Shown piece after piece: positions 11,655-24,633 of a DNA stretch of 58,165 nucleotides. Origin of the DNA: Octopus bimaculoides (lineage: Eukaryota); contig NC_068989.1 in the NCBI RefSeq assembly GCF_001194135.2, forward strand, positions 96,735,244 through 96,793,408. The letters are read 5' to 3'. The translations under genes were made by a program, and so were the position numbers. A model generated the notes under the pieces. It was not told where the DNA came from, did no database searches, and saw only the letters and a list, made by a program, of their open reading frames with translations. How positions within the stretch are numbered: the first letter of the stretch is position 1; each line of letters begins with the position of its first letter.

Positions 11655-11868
11655 ATGAGCTGCATGGCAATTTCAATAGTGCAGGTGGCATGGGAAAAAA
11701 AGCATCCGTTCCATTTTATAAAGTGGGTTTGTGTTAAGGAGAAGCATTCAGCTTCAGAAATCACGTCCAAACAGGCACTGAAGCACAATGCCATCCTTTG
11801 ATACATTGGATCCTGTCAAACCATCTGACCCATGCCAGCATAGAATGCAGATGTTAAATGATGATGAT
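11655..11868 (+). mobile_element. RTE 3'-end-related repeat
   Basis: ...acccatgccagcatagaatgcagatgttaaatgatgatgat tail. Confidence 0.7.
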
Positions 11869-11869
11869 A

Positions 11870-11990
11870 CCACAGGCTTCTTTACAGTCTCTCTCTACCA
11901 AATTCACTCACAAGGTTTTGGTCAGCCTAGGGTTATAGTAGAAAGCACTTGCCCAAGGTGTCATGCAGTGAAACTAAATCTAAAACTGTT
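11870..11990 (-). mobile_element. SINE family A 5' half fragment
   Basis: ccaaattcactcacaagg...cacttgcccaaggtgtcatgcagtg. Confidence 0.75.
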
Positions 11991-12299
11991 GTCTCAAATT
12001 TAGTTCCATAGATATGGAGGCAGTTTGTGATTCATTTTGTTGGGGTTCAACCTTCAATTCCAGACAGCATCTCTTATGCATGTTTTTGTTTTTATAAAAA
12101 TCTTATTTAATTTGGAGACAATGAAAATACTTTTTCAAAAGCATGGTTGCTATTATTTTTATTATTATTATTATTATTAGTTGTTGTTGTTGTTTTGCTC
12201 CAAACCAGTTAAACCCGATTTAAGGTGTTTCAGCTCCTTTTCAGACATACTATTCCAAAGTCAACACACTCAAATGCAGTTAGTTTTTCTTTCCCAGAC

Positions 12300-12780
12300 C
12301 AATTACTTTATTTATTCCCTATGGAGCATAGGCCATTAATGACTTTTCTCCACTTTTCTCAACCCTGGGATTGTCATTTCTACTTTCCTCCAGTTTGAAC
12401 TCTGCCTCTGTCTCCTTCCTCAAGTTATTTTTAGGGCATCCTTTCTTCTGCCTCCCTTGTGGTGGGTTCCTCTTTCAAGTCTTGTTGGTTTGGGATTATC
12501 ATTAATGCTTCTATAACTTTTTCTTGGTAGGGTTAGGGTTAGTCCTCTGCAAATATTATCCCACTCTCTCATTCTGGGTCTGCCCCTTGCTCTCCTACTG
12601 GTTGAATCAGCTTCAAGAATATATATTGTAATTTTTTCCTGTGATTTTCTATTCACATGTCTGCTAGTATTGGAGCTGAGACCTCTGAATATAAAAAGTA
12701 GCAGCTCCACCTGCAAAGATTGCCTGATTCCTAAGCCAAACAGCCTGATGAGCAACATTATTGCAGAGATCCTTCAAATA
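12300..12780 (-). mobile_element. Two abutting RTE-clade C-terminal fragments separated by TTAGGG repeats
   Basis: RRARGRPRMREWDNI (~12560-12610) and NPPQGRQKKGCPKNNLRKETEAE (~12400-12470); tagggttagggttag at 12528-12542. Confidence 0.6.
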
Positions 12781-14094
12781 ACACCCATCTCTCTCACCTC
12801 ATTTCAGTGAAACACCTTTAATGCTAATACAGTTATATTTCCCAGGCTGCTAACCCCATCTTTGGAGATGTAAAAAAGAAAGAAAAGAAAAGAAAAAATA
12901 CTTAATATTTTGCTTCTACAATATTTCGATCTGTTTGATGTCCAATCGACATGTAAATATTAAAGTTAGTTTTATCTCTAAAGATAATGTTAATAGTTTG
13001 AAAAATTTCTAATCTTATTAACAAATCAACTGAGACAGTTAGACATTTAATCTTTAATACTCCTGGGAAAAAGATGAACTTTCCAGCTTTCTATTTCTGC
13101 AGCTTTATAAAATAAATCTCAGGCTTTCATGTTTATGCAAGAAATATCTATTTATTTCTTCAGCAGAGAGAGAGAGAGAGCTGGAGTTAGTACAGATTTT
13201 TGATAAATTTGGTACAGGAAATATCAAGCCTCGCTTCCTATTAAGAATGATTCCTCACCCAAAGCATGATAACATCTCTTGGACTTCATTTCTATTTTTT
13301 TTTCATGTTTAAATATTAAAGAAAAAGTTTAAATAGTAAAGAAAAGTAATTCTATATAGTGCATTAGTATGAATTGTATCAAAAGGTTTTTTGATACAAT
13401 AACCCGTCGGTTACCAAAAAAAAAAAAAATGTAAATGAAAAGAAATGAAAAATATTATAGTATATTCAGATGTTGAAGAAAAATTAAGTAGAAAAGACGT
13501 ATTTTGTTGATGTTTTTGTAATTAAAGTTTGTACAGATATTTTGATTGTTGTTAGTTTTGAATTATACTAAATGAAAAAATAGGAATTGATATGAAACCT
13601 ATCAACTCTCGAAATGTGTTGAATTCTTTTGTTGGTTTCAGTCTTTTGACTGCAGCCAATCTGGGACATACCTCCATTCTTTCAAAACGTTTCAATCTCT
13701 TACATATCGGTAGAGTTGTCTAGTGTAACTGACACCTTTCGGTGATTGTATCTTCTTAATATTCCATTGGAATCATTTGGTGGATAAGGCAGTCTTTATT
13801 GTGGTTTTATAGCTAGCTTTAGAGGAAAGGTCGGTGCCTGTGGCCTTTGTGAACCTTCTGACACCAGTAAAATTAAAACTATTAACATTCTGCTGAAAGT
13901 GTTGTAATGGAATACCTGCAGGAAAGACACAGACAGGAAAATGAAGGATTGGGTAGTGGCTAGTGTAGAGTTTCAAAGGTTGGACAAAACATGAGTGAGG
14001 AGGGGAAGGGAGAGACAAGTGAGTTGGGAATACTTGAATGGAGGTGGCATGAGACCAACCAGACTGAGAAACAGAGGCCATTATAGTAGCATCA

Positions 14095-15050
14095 TCACCA
14101 TCGCTATCATTTAACATTTGTTTTCCTTGCTGGCATGGGTTGGACAGGTTGACTGAAAATTAGTAAGCTGCATCAGGTTCCATTCTGATTTGGCAAGGTT
14201 TATATGTCTGGATGCCCTTCTTAATTCCATCCACTCCAAGAGTGTAGTGGGTATTTTTTACATGCCACCAGCATAGGTGCCATTGACCTGACACCAACAT
14301 CTGCCACAACTACGGTCTATACAAGCACGGTATATCACCAAAGGTCTTGCTTACCCATCACTGCCTCCATCACGCCCAACGCTTGAACGGTGCTTTTTAC
14401 ATGCCAGTCAGACGGCACTAGCATCAGCCACAACTACGATTTTACTTGGCTCAACAGGTCTTCACAAGCACAGCATATCATGCAACATTTGAAGGGTACT
14501 TTTAACAGACCAGTTACATGACACTGGCAAAAGTCTTGGTCACTTGTCACTGCCTCCATGAGGCCCAACATTCAGAGATCATGCTTCACTACCTCATCCC
14601 ACGTCTTCTTGGGTCTACCTCTTCCACAGGTTCCCTTCCACCATTGGAGTGCAACACTTCTTCCCTCAGCTCTCCTCGTCCACACATCACATGACCATCC
14701 CAGCACAGCTGTCTCTCTTGCACATCACATCTGATGCCTCCTATATCCAACTTGTCTCTCAGGATGCTTACACTCAGTCATGCATGCACACTGACATTAC
14801 ACATCCAGTGAAGCATACTAGCTTCATTTCTTACAAGCCTACACATCTCCTTCACAGTTGCAGCCCATGTTACACTGCCGTGTAGCATGGCTGTTCGCAT
14901 GCAGGCATCATACAATCTGAGCAGGAGGTCCTTTCTTTCCAGCAAAGGTAGGAGCTCTCAGCCTATTTGTATTCTAGCAGCTATGCTCCTGGAGCATCCC
15001 CCCCCCCACTACTAACTTGGTTACCTAGGTAACGGAAGCTATCGACTACT
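14095..15050 (-). mobile_element. 5'-truncated RTE LINE
   Basis: Colinear with 6475-7450: (CAT)n tail, 3' UTR, then ORF end including the GRPKKTWDEVVK-like segment. Confidence 0.9.
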
Positions 15051-16384
15051 TCTAATTTTTAGAGAAAAGAGGAGAAAGCACAGCTGTGGGTCAAGCCTGG
15101 AGAATGTCTAAGTATAACTTTCTACCAATAAGTCAGTCAGACGGTTGTTCCTTGGACACAGTCTAGGAAATTTGTGTTTGTAGCAGTGATACTGTCCCAG
15201 GTGTGAGAATAAAAGTCTAATATAGGTCACAACTGGGCTTGGTTGATAGGCTTGAGGTATCTAGTTATATCCTTCCGTGTTCTGATTTCATTTCCTGCTC
15301 AGGTCAACTTATCCTTTCAACCCTCCATCACTGACAAGAATGACAAGAGGTGTGGCCTTGTGCCTGGGTTAGAAACCAATATTCCATTTGAGGGAATAAT
15401 TCAAATTCTATTCTTTGAGAACTCAGTATTATAAACGGAAATCTTGAGAAAGTTATTAGGTATTAGTGCTGGAAATTTAATTCAAATTAAGATCCAATCT
15501 TCAATGAATCAATAATGCTAATGGTAAGCAAATTTTCTTGCCTAAAATAACAATCATAATTGACTAGTCATCTGATAAACTTCTCCCTCTTCCAAAAAGT
15601 CCTTAGAGAATCTCTGTGTTACTTCTATAAGTATGAGAATTGCTTATATTTTAGTTTCCCTCAATATTATGACTACCATTGCCATTAACTCTGCCATTAA
15701 CTGGTGCCAGCAGCATCTCCTCTCTAACTCTAAAAAAAAAAGAGAAATATGCACTATTACTGTTGCATATTCCATTATTACCAGAACAATTTTAACACAC
15801 CATAAATGTTTCTTTGGCTCAACTCAAAATAATTTCGTGTCTACTTTAATTTTGCCTCTTGATTGTAAATGTTTCTTATCATTTTTTTCTCAATTTTTTT
15901 TTTTTTTAAACAATGAAAGCAATCTATGCCATTATTTAGATCCAGAATTAAATTATATCTTTTGGGAACATAATTTAATTTATTATATCTAACAGAAGTG
16001 CAAATTCCTCATTTAAAACAATGACAGGAAACAGCAGAATGTTCCAGCGCCATTCTTTTAATTTTCTCTAGTTTAGGGAAATTTTTTGGCTCTTGTTTTT
16101 TACTTATTTTTTTCTTCCTTCATTATACATTTTTTAGTTCTATAAGATATTCTATCCTTCCATAGAAATAAGGAACTTACTACTAAACAGCAAAAATGCT
16201 CAAACTTATCTCTTGTGTTTACAAATTCTATTCATTGCTTGATTAACAATTAATACAGTGTTAATAATTGCCTCACAAATAAAATTACATACATATCTGG
16301 ATGCATGTATGTACACATGTTTACTTGTGTGCATGCATGCAAACATTTATATATTACCATCATGTTTATCTATCTATCTATCTT

Positions 16385-16417
<33 letters not shown>

Positions 16418-16435
16418 TACATGCACACACACATG

Positions 16436-16471
<36 letters not shown>

Positions 16472-16984
16472 GAGAGAGAGGAAGTTTAAAGTATTAGTTA
16501 TGAGCAAGGGTTTTGAAGTTGACAACTACCATGAGGTTTCCAAGACATTATTTCAATATACTTATATATACTATCAGTAAAATGATCCATCTGAACAGAA
16601 AAAAATAATAATAATAAATAGAAAAGAAAAAGAAATTAAATACAACCGCTTCCTGCCAAATTTTTATCTTCTGTTCAATGAAATATTTTCTGACTGATTT
16701 TGTTCTTGGCCCCAGAAACCAAAGCTGTGCATTTCTGAATTCAAGAGTTATTATTGCTGTCAGACAACAAAAACAAAGAATGAAATTAAAAGTCCCAAAA
16801 TAGATTTTGATTGGAAGCAGAATGTATGGGCTAAACACTATTGATATGGGCTTCTCATAGTTTGATTTTTGCTTTCTTTAATATTTGTTTTGTTTTATTT
16901 TTTCCCCTTGCTGATCAACATAATAAAAGTCAATTCTGATTTTATTATTGCTCTTGCTGTTCTTTGCAATGCTTCCCTTCAGCC

Positions 16985-17020
<36 letters not shown>

Positions 17021-17084
17021 AATATAAAAGTTAGCTATTATTTATAGCCTTTGTTTCCTTTTCTTTTAGTATATAATTTTTTTT

Positions 17085-17147
<63 letters not shown>

Positions 17148-17529
17148 CTTTCTTCAAACATAAAAGATTGATCAAAAAGTAATTGTGTGAAAAGAAAGAA
17201 ATAAGGATGCAAAACAAAAATACATTTATAAAAACAAAAAAATCATTAAGATCAAGATAGAGTCTAAATAAATACTATAAACAATATAAAAAGAATAAAA
17301 TAAGACATGTTTAATATGCTTTCCTGTATTATATATACCAGGATTGTTGTACTATTCTCGTGGCTAAAGAATTAGTTTTAAATGACAGTAGGAAATTTCT
17401 TTCAAGAATGACAAGCCAAATATTAGGTTGAAGATTGATGTTGCTTGTATGTTGTTTCATGGATGTGTAATAATAAATATGAGGAATATGGTAAATATGC
17501 TTTGTGAGATGAAATGGGCTTAGATAGAT

Positions 17530-17568
<39 letters not shown>

Positions 17569-19329
17569 ATCCCTTTACCTAGAAATTATGGTGAAAAGGG
17601 AATGGATCTAGGAATGAGATAAAAAAAAATTATATGACAGATATGAGTAAAATAAAAAGAATATCCATCGGCATAAAAGGTTTTGATGGCTTTGCAAGAT
17701 TTTACTTTTATTCTTTCAAAGTCAGCCATAAATCAAGAAGGAATCAGCCTTTTGTGTGTGTGAGCACTTGGGTTTTTTGTTTTTGTTTTTCCTTATATTG
17801 CAGTGAAGCTTTATATTTTACTTGCAGTTTGCATCTCTCTTTCTCTTTACATGTGTGTATGTGCATTTATACATGTGTGTGTATATGTTATGTGTGTGTA
17901 TGTTATGTGTATACATGAAGTGCGTGTGTATGTGTACATGTTATGTGTATGGCTACACACACACACACACACATAGTCTACAAATAACAAAAATCATGGT
18001 TAACACGTTCTGCAATATTATGCAAATATTTATGATTCCAGTATAGTAGTCTTTCTTCTCATAGTTCCTGCCGTCTAAACTACCTATTCATTACTTCTAT
18101 TCAGATTCAAAATAAGATTAGCTTTTATATCGACTTTGTAAAATGGATATTGTTGCATGCAAGTTTTCTGGAAGGTGTAACATTGAGTCTCCTGTATGAA
18201 TTCCTTTGATATCTGGCTTCGGTTCCTCAAAATTATTCTTCACTTATTAGAGAGTCGTTATTCAATATCTGTTTCAGATGCGATCATTTTCCTATATTCA
18301 TTGCAACTTATCACATAAAACCTTGGCTGTATCAATATCACAAGCTGTATAGATATAAATAACCAATAATATAGATGGTTCTAGATAAATCACCTGATTT
18401 GTTTGAACATCATTTGCTTATCCAGGCAAACGTATGCTTCTAACAGTGAAAATCTTTTAAATAAACATGAATTAATCATTTCCTTCTTTAATCCTAAAAC
18501 TAATCTGAATGCCATTGTTTAACTCTGCTCTATTTGAAAGACATAAACAATATATAAAGTGACACTGGAAGACATGTTTCACCTTCAATGCAATCATGTT
18601 AATATTATTTGCTAAAAGATAAGGGCAGAAAATTCATAGAATCATTAGTAGCAATCGAAATATGTTTGTTCTGAGTTTGAATCTTGTCACAGTCAACTTT
18701 TCTGATTAGTCCTTCCTGGATTAATAAAAGAATCCTTCAGATACACTCTCAGGGGATCTGATCAACTACACAGACCAACTCTCATTTTTTTAATCGCACT
18801 GGAAAGGGTGACACCAATGGCGCTTAGTACAAATGAAAGAAAGGCAGGAAGTTGTTCTAAAAGTGGAAAGCTGTCCCAGTAAACTCCACAGAAAGGACAA
18901 AATGGCCAGGTGGTTACATTAAGTGGTCTTACTACGGGACAAGGCTGGAATCCATGTAACAGGCTTCAGCACAGCTTCTTTTCATCCAGTTTCACTTACA
19001 AAGCTTGGGTCAACCTGAGTAAAGATATGATAGAGTAGGATTGAACCTGAACCTCATAGTTGTGAAGGTAACATCTTAACCATCAAACATACCTGTATCC
19101 TACTATTTACAAGTAAAGGATAATGAAATGATAGAAATGGTTGTACAAATTGCATTTCTGTATTTAGTTAAGTTGCCTTATATTGTGAGTTCAAATCTCA
19201 CTTGGGTTAACTTTTCTATAACCATCTAAAACAAAATAATTACCACTGTCATATTGCGATTAATCTAGTCAGTTGTCTCTCTTCCTTACAAATTTGTGAC
19301 TTGCTAACCATTTGTTAGAAAAATTCAGA

Positions 19330-19515
19330 CAAAATGCTTCGTGGCATTTCTTCTGAATTAACGTTTTAAGTTCAGATTTCACTGAGGTCAACTTTGCTTA
19401 TCAACCTTTCAAAGTCAAAAAACAGAAATTACCAGTTGAGCACTGGGGTCGATGTAATCAGCCAGCCCCCTTTCCCCAAAATGTCATGCCTTGTGTCTGT
19501 AGTAGAAAGAATAAT
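19330..19515 (+). mobile_element. SINE family B
   Basis: aagttcagatttcactgaggtcaactttgc...accagttgagcactggggtcgatgtaatc...ccttgtgtctgtagtagaaagaataatt. Confidence 0.7.
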
Positions 19516-19836
19516 TTATTGCAAGCATCCTCTCTAGAGTTAAAGAAGAATAGTACCCAACTGTAAAAAAATATATGCCAAGCCCATCACGTGCATTACA
19601 ATGGTGGCTGGGTTTTCTCTGTTGGTGTGTATGTGTGTGCCAGATAATGAAGGACAGTAGAAGGTAATGACATGCTACATGACCCATTCAACTCATGCCA
19701 GCATGGAAAACAGAAGCGAAATGATGATAAGAATGATAATTATGATGACAACAACAATAATGCTGAAAGCTATGATGATGATGATGATGACAGTGATAGA
19801 AGAAGGGTTTACCTTGTATTACACAAACTGAAACAG

Positions 19837-19877
19837 ATATTTATATCACCTCTGGTTAGAACGCCATATCATTGCAG
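19837..19877 (+). CDS. Candidate coding exon of unidentified host gene (xYLYHLWLERHIIA-)
   Basis: AG at 19835-36, CAG|GTAACA donor, open frame; phase-1 end fits the next exon. Polypyrimidine tract is weak. Confidence 0.4.
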
Positions 19878-20046
19878 GTAACATTCCTGTTCCTGATAGC
19901 TATATGAAATGAGGTTTTATAGAATAAATTGAAATTCCTGTAACATATTTAACCTTATGACCCCACCAGGCTTGCAATCTTACAGTTATCCATCTGCCAT
20001 TTCACCTCTACAACATGTATGAAGTTTTCAAATTTATGGCACATAG

Positions 20047-20107
20047 ATTCTCGTTTTGGAGAGAGTACAGAGCTTGTTAAGCAAGATTTGGCTGCTAAAT
20101 TGAATCG
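20047..20107 (+). CDS. Candidate coding exon (DSRFGESTELVKQDLAAKLNR)
   Basis: TAG acceptor, CG|GTAAAA donor, 61 nt open, phase 1 to phase 2, continuing the frame of 19837-19877. Confidence 0.45.
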
Positions 20108-20462
20108 GTAAAAGAAATATGTAGAAATTTCTTTGTTTGCTTATGTAGCTCTTTGTCTGACAGCAAGGCAGCTAGATATCTGAAAATCATTTTCTAAATA
20201 TCAACAAGGGTAGAATTAATAGAATGAATCTGCTAGAAGGCACATCGTTTAAGAACAAAGAGGCTTTTAGTAATAAGAACTGAAAATGCAGAGAATATCC
20301 TGCTTTTCTTTGAATTATGGCTTGATTTTATCAAAGAAATATATATGGAATACAGCTATATAAGTGATATTTCATGGAAGCTTTATATTTTATCTTAGTC
20401 ATATCAATTGGAGATGTCCTGAAATTCTAAGTGATTCAATTTGGTACTTTTTGACTGAATAT

Positions 20463-21642
20463 GTTTGTCTTTTCCAATTTATCAAAGTTTTCCAGTCATA
20501 TTACTTGTTGTTGTTGTTGTTGTGTAGTGCCAGGTCATGCATGATCAGGCAGTCCTTTAATACACAAGTCATTGACTGAGCCCAAACATCCATCATCCCA
20601 GTCATCCCATGTCCTCATCCACCCAGCTGAGGACCATATTGCACAACCTGACATATGGGGGAGAATCATGACACTCCCTAAGGGTCATAAAGTGTGACAC
20701 TCTAGACATGTTACACTTCCTAAATTTTATTCTTGGTTCCACTGGTTAATATCTTCCTTCGGTTGGTATAATTAGGTCAATCAGGGGCAGCTAAATGCTC
20801 AAACATCCATCTATTGTCTCCTGGGAGGATTGAAGGGGTAAAGTTCTAAGGCACTTCCTCCATAGATTCCATTCAGAAGCAACCATCATTACACTTTCTT
20901 GCTGGATCCCCAATTATGACCAACTGAAACTATGGATATTATCCAACTATCTCATTCTTGGCCTGCCCCTAGCATTCTGCTGGTTGGTTTGGTTTGATGA
21001 TTCTGTTTTGCGATTCTTTCCTGTGACATTCTAATCATATCCCCAAATTGCTAGAGTTGTGACCTTTCAATGCAGGAAAGTAGCACTTCAACCTGCAGAG
21101 ACTCCCTGAGCTATGAATCCTGTTGAGTATTGATACTCCAGAGATCCTTTGGAAGAATCCCATTTCAGCTGTTTGTATTCACTTGTATGTCCAAAACATG
21201 ACATTGTATTTTTTCTTAATTGATTTGTGCCCCATAACTGGCTATAAAATTATCAATGCATTCAGGTTGACTTTCATTTGAATCTGGATTAGAGCCAAAA
21301 TTTATTTTCTTCTTCTGCCAGAATATGAATGCATTGTAAGTAAAAGATATGAAACCATCTGAACCGAGAATAAAATTTAGAAAGTGCAACATGTCCAGAG
21401 TGTCACACTTTATGACCCAAACAGAAAGTAATATGTCTGGACTGTCATAATTTATTCCAATATGTCAGGTTGTGTAGCTGGGTGGGTGGGTGAGGACATG
21501 GGATAATTGGGATGTTGGATTTTTGGGACTCAATGACTTATGTATTACAGGGCTGTCTCGTCATGGAAGACTTGACTCTACACAACAACAACAGCAACAA
21601 CCAATATGACTTTAAAATTTTGATAAATTGGAAAAGACAAAC
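20463..21642. repeat. Long inverted repeat: arms ~20463-20755 and ~21344-21642
   Basis: Arms align along their length (e.g. gggtcataaagtgtgacactct / agagtgtcacactttatgaccc; gtttgtcttttccaatttatcaaa / tttgataaattggaaaagacaaac), roughly 80% identical by eye, with indels. Confidence 0.9.
20790..21340 (-). mobile_element. Decayed RTE C-terminal fragment inside the inverted repeat
   Basis: RGRPRMR*LDNI at ~20930-20970, same family as 12560-12780. Confidence 0.55.
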
Positions 21643-21789
21643 TTAATGAAATAATGTATTTTCTACAAAGGCATTGTCAAGATATTTCCGTAAAAGTTAA
21701 ATTATTTTCCTTTCAATCTTATAAACAATCAATAATTTGCTTCCCTGCCCTCTGGTGGAATGGTGTGAAGGGAGCAGTAGCAGCAGCAT

Positions 21790-22160
21790 GGCCTTTGCAT
21801 TGTCTTCCAAGACTGCGGAAATTGATGCCATTAATATTCCTCTTAACATTTTCTAAGTGAACAACTGTGGAACTGATAGGAGCCAGGAGGGAATTCCTGA
21901 AGGCTGACGTCCTGAATATTAAGGATTGAATCTAGTGATTAGTGCAGAGCCGGGAGGACTGGAATATAACTGGGACACAATATGAGATGAGATGAATGGG
22001 TTGGGGGAAGACCTGAGTAGGAGCAGCATGGGCCAAGCCTGGCAGGGGTAGAAGACAGTGAAAGGAGTCTGGTCAGCTGAGCCCCTGGGAGTGATTTTAT
22101 GCTAGTCACTTGGGTGGGTCTTTTCTGGATGCTATCTAGGATGTGGCTACAGCCTCACCA
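21790..22160 (-). mobile_element. Decayed L2/CR1-like LINE C-terminal fragment
   Basis: TNH*IQSLIFRTSAFRNSL...VVHLENVKRNIN resembles the T..Y..SF.PRT..LWNSLP...FK..V terminus. Confidence 0.4.
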
Positions 22161-23114
22161 AAGCTTTCTAGAATATTTGTAATTGTAGAATGGTTTGTAA
22201 ATGCTCAATTTCTCTGTCATTCATCATCATCATCGTCATCATTGAGAAATGTGTGCATCATCTTCTGAAGCCATTTTGGGACTATAGTGGAATGTGGCCC
22301 ATGCCAACATGGGGGAAACAAAAAAAACCCTCAAAGAACTGGGTACTAAAATTACAATGGCAATGATGATGATGATGGAGGTGTTGGTGATTGTAGTGGT
22401 GGTGGTGGTGATATAAATGATGTAGGTGATGATATAAATTTTAAGCTTTTCATAAAATTTAGTCAACTTTCTAGTTCAATGTCTCACCACAGAAATTGAT
22501 CAATGTGAAAAGGTCTCCTGGGATTGCTTGATGCACATCTCTGGGTTCAGGAGTTGATATATTCCAGATATATAAACAATGTAATAGTTATAAGTGAACC
22601 AAACAGTTAAAGTTGGCTTTTAATAAAGATAGAAACACTGAGTTTAATGGCAGCTAATGAGACGTTCTCTCATAAAACTTTGATCTGTGTTTCTAAATTG
22701 AGAAGATACAATAGTCTAATTGTCATTTGTATAAAAGAAATTCATAGAGAAGAAGATTCATATAACAAAGATAGATAATGATAGCTATAGCTCAGTGACT
22801 CCAAACTGAAGTACAGTAATTTCTAGAGCATAATAACAACCATGTGACTAATCTTCCAAATTGTTACCATGGCTTTACAATGAAGTCAAACTTGACGTGG
22901 AGATTACAAGATGAATTTTTATATTCATAATGTGTGATTTATCATTGCAACGAAGTTCCTGTTTGCTGAATGTTATTCAGTCTTATAATTCCTGGTAGAC
23001 AGAATGAAACAATTTTGGCCTCAGCTCATATCAATAATTGACTGACAAGTAACAAAACTAGATTTATGGCAAGTGGTTAATACATGCATGCATACATATA
23101 TGTATGTTTGTATG

Positions 23115-23392
23115 TATATATATTCTTTTATTCTTTTATTTCCTTCAGTCATTTGACTGCGGTCATGCTGGAGCACTGCCTTTAGTCGAACAAATTGATC
23201 CCAGGACTTATTCTTTGTAAGCCTAGTACTTATTCTATCAGTCTCTTTTGCCAAACCACTAAGTTACGGGGACGTAAACACACCAACATCAGTTGTCAAG
23301 CAATGGTGGTGAGGACAAACACAGATACACACACACACACACATGTACAATAGGCTTCTTTCAGTTTCCGTCGACCAAATCCACTCACAGGG
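23115..23392 (-). mobile_element. SINE family A (truncated)
   Basis: ttcagtcatttgactgcggtcatgctggagcac...ccaaatccactcaca. Confidence 0.85.
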
Positions 23393-23410
23393 TGTATATA
23401 TAAATATATA

Positions 23411-23441
<31 letters not shown>

Positions 23442-23939
23442 NNNNNNNNNNNNNNNNNNNNNNNNNNNNNNNNNNNNNNNNNNNNNNNNNNNNNNNNNNN
23501 NNNNNNNNNNNNNNNNNNNNNNNNNNNNNNNNNNNNNNNNNNNNNNNNNNNNNNNNNNNNNNNNNNNNNNNNNNNNNNNNNNNNNNNNNNNNNNNNNNNN
23601 NNNNNNNNNNNNNNNNNNNNNNNNNNNNNNNNNNNNNNNNNNNNNNNNNNNNNNNNNNNNNNNNNNNNNNNNNNNNNNNNNNNNNNNNNNNNNNNNNNNN
23701 NNNNNNNNNNNNNNNNNNNNNNNNNNNNNNNNNNNNNNNNNNNNNNNNNNNNNNNNNNNNNNNNNNNNNNNNNNNNNNNNNNNNNNNNNNNNNNNNNNNN
23801 NNNNNNNNNNNNNNNNNNNNNNNNNNNNNNNNNNNNNNNNNNNNNNNNNNNNNNNNNNNNNNNNNNNNNNNNNNNNNNNNNNNNNNNNNNNNNNNNNNNN
23901 NNNNNNNNNNNNNNNNNNNNNNNNNNNNNNNNNNNNNNN
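23442..23939. other. Assembly gap
   Basis: N run. Confidence 1.
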
Positions 23940-24152
23940 CTTTCTCCAAAATTAACAATTTCCAAAATAAATCTGTAAAAAGAAAAAAAAAATCATTATA
24001 CTAATTCTTTAATTGGTATATTAATTACTCTTTTATAGGCCTCAGTTTGTTGGCCCCAAACCTGGAACATATGTGGGGAGATTCATCATAGAGCGATGGA
24101 AAAAATTGAAGGTAACATTAATGCTGTGAATGAGCAACGGAAAGAGAAGATG
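23940..24152 (+). repeat. Identical copy of 24535-24747, bounded by N gaps on both sides
   Basis: 213-bp exact match at offset 595; contains a second copy of the candidate exon (24039-24111). Probably an assembly artefact. Confidence 0.9.
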
Positions 24153-24163
24153 NNNNNNNNNNC

Positions 24164-24256
24164 TTCCTGAGTTTTGTTTCAACGAGGAGGTTTTTCCCTC
24201 TTTCTCAAAGGCAGTCGTTATTTTTGAGATGGTACTTCTTGATACACCAAACATTT
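24164..24256 (-). mobile_element. Tc1-type transposase N-terminal (HTH) fragment
   Basis: EMFGVSRSTISKITTAFEKEGKTSSLKQNSG. Confidence 0.7.
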
Positions 24257-24410
24257 CAATGGTTCTCAACCTTTTTAAGATCCATGCCAAATCCCAAACC
24301 TGAATTTGGTGGAACACACATCAAAAGAAGTTAAACATGAGTCAGTTAAAGAAAAAAATTGTTATATTTATTGAGGGAAGACCACTGGGGGCTACAGTTG
24401 AGAACCACTG
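24257..24410. mobile_element. hAT (Charlie-like) MITE, 154 bp
   Basis: TIRs CAATGGTTCTCAAC / GTTGAGAACCACTG (13/14); right flank CTCTAGAA fits the Charlie target consensus; left flank does not match. Confidence 0.7.
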
Positions 24411-24633
24411 CTCTAGAATGTTCTCACTGCTCATGTTTGTCCTGCTGATGTTGACCAGCAATGTTTTAAATTGGACATTAATCATATCAAACTCGTCTGT
24501 CTTATAGAACATGTAAAGATCATGTGTAATACTTCTTTCTCCAAAATTAACAATTTCCAAAATAAATCTGTAAAAAGAAAAAAAAAATCATTATACTAAT
24601 TCTTTAATTGGTATATTAATTACTCTTTTATAG

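Noticed and set aside
12745-12770. CTGATGA-GCAA-catta-TTGC as a hammerhead
   Set aside because: Stem II is followed by AGAGAT, not GAAA; lies antisense within an RTE fragment.
13164-13300. EF-hand-like frame ELVQIFDKFGTGNIKPRFL
   Set aside because: Starts in an (AG)n run, no convincing donor, loop residues do not fit the EF-hand consensus.
18278-18362. CDHFPIFIATY... resembling an EEP-family SDH motif after a ttcag acceptor
   Set aside because: Single short motif ending in a stop upstream of the other + strand candidates; cannot be linked to anything.
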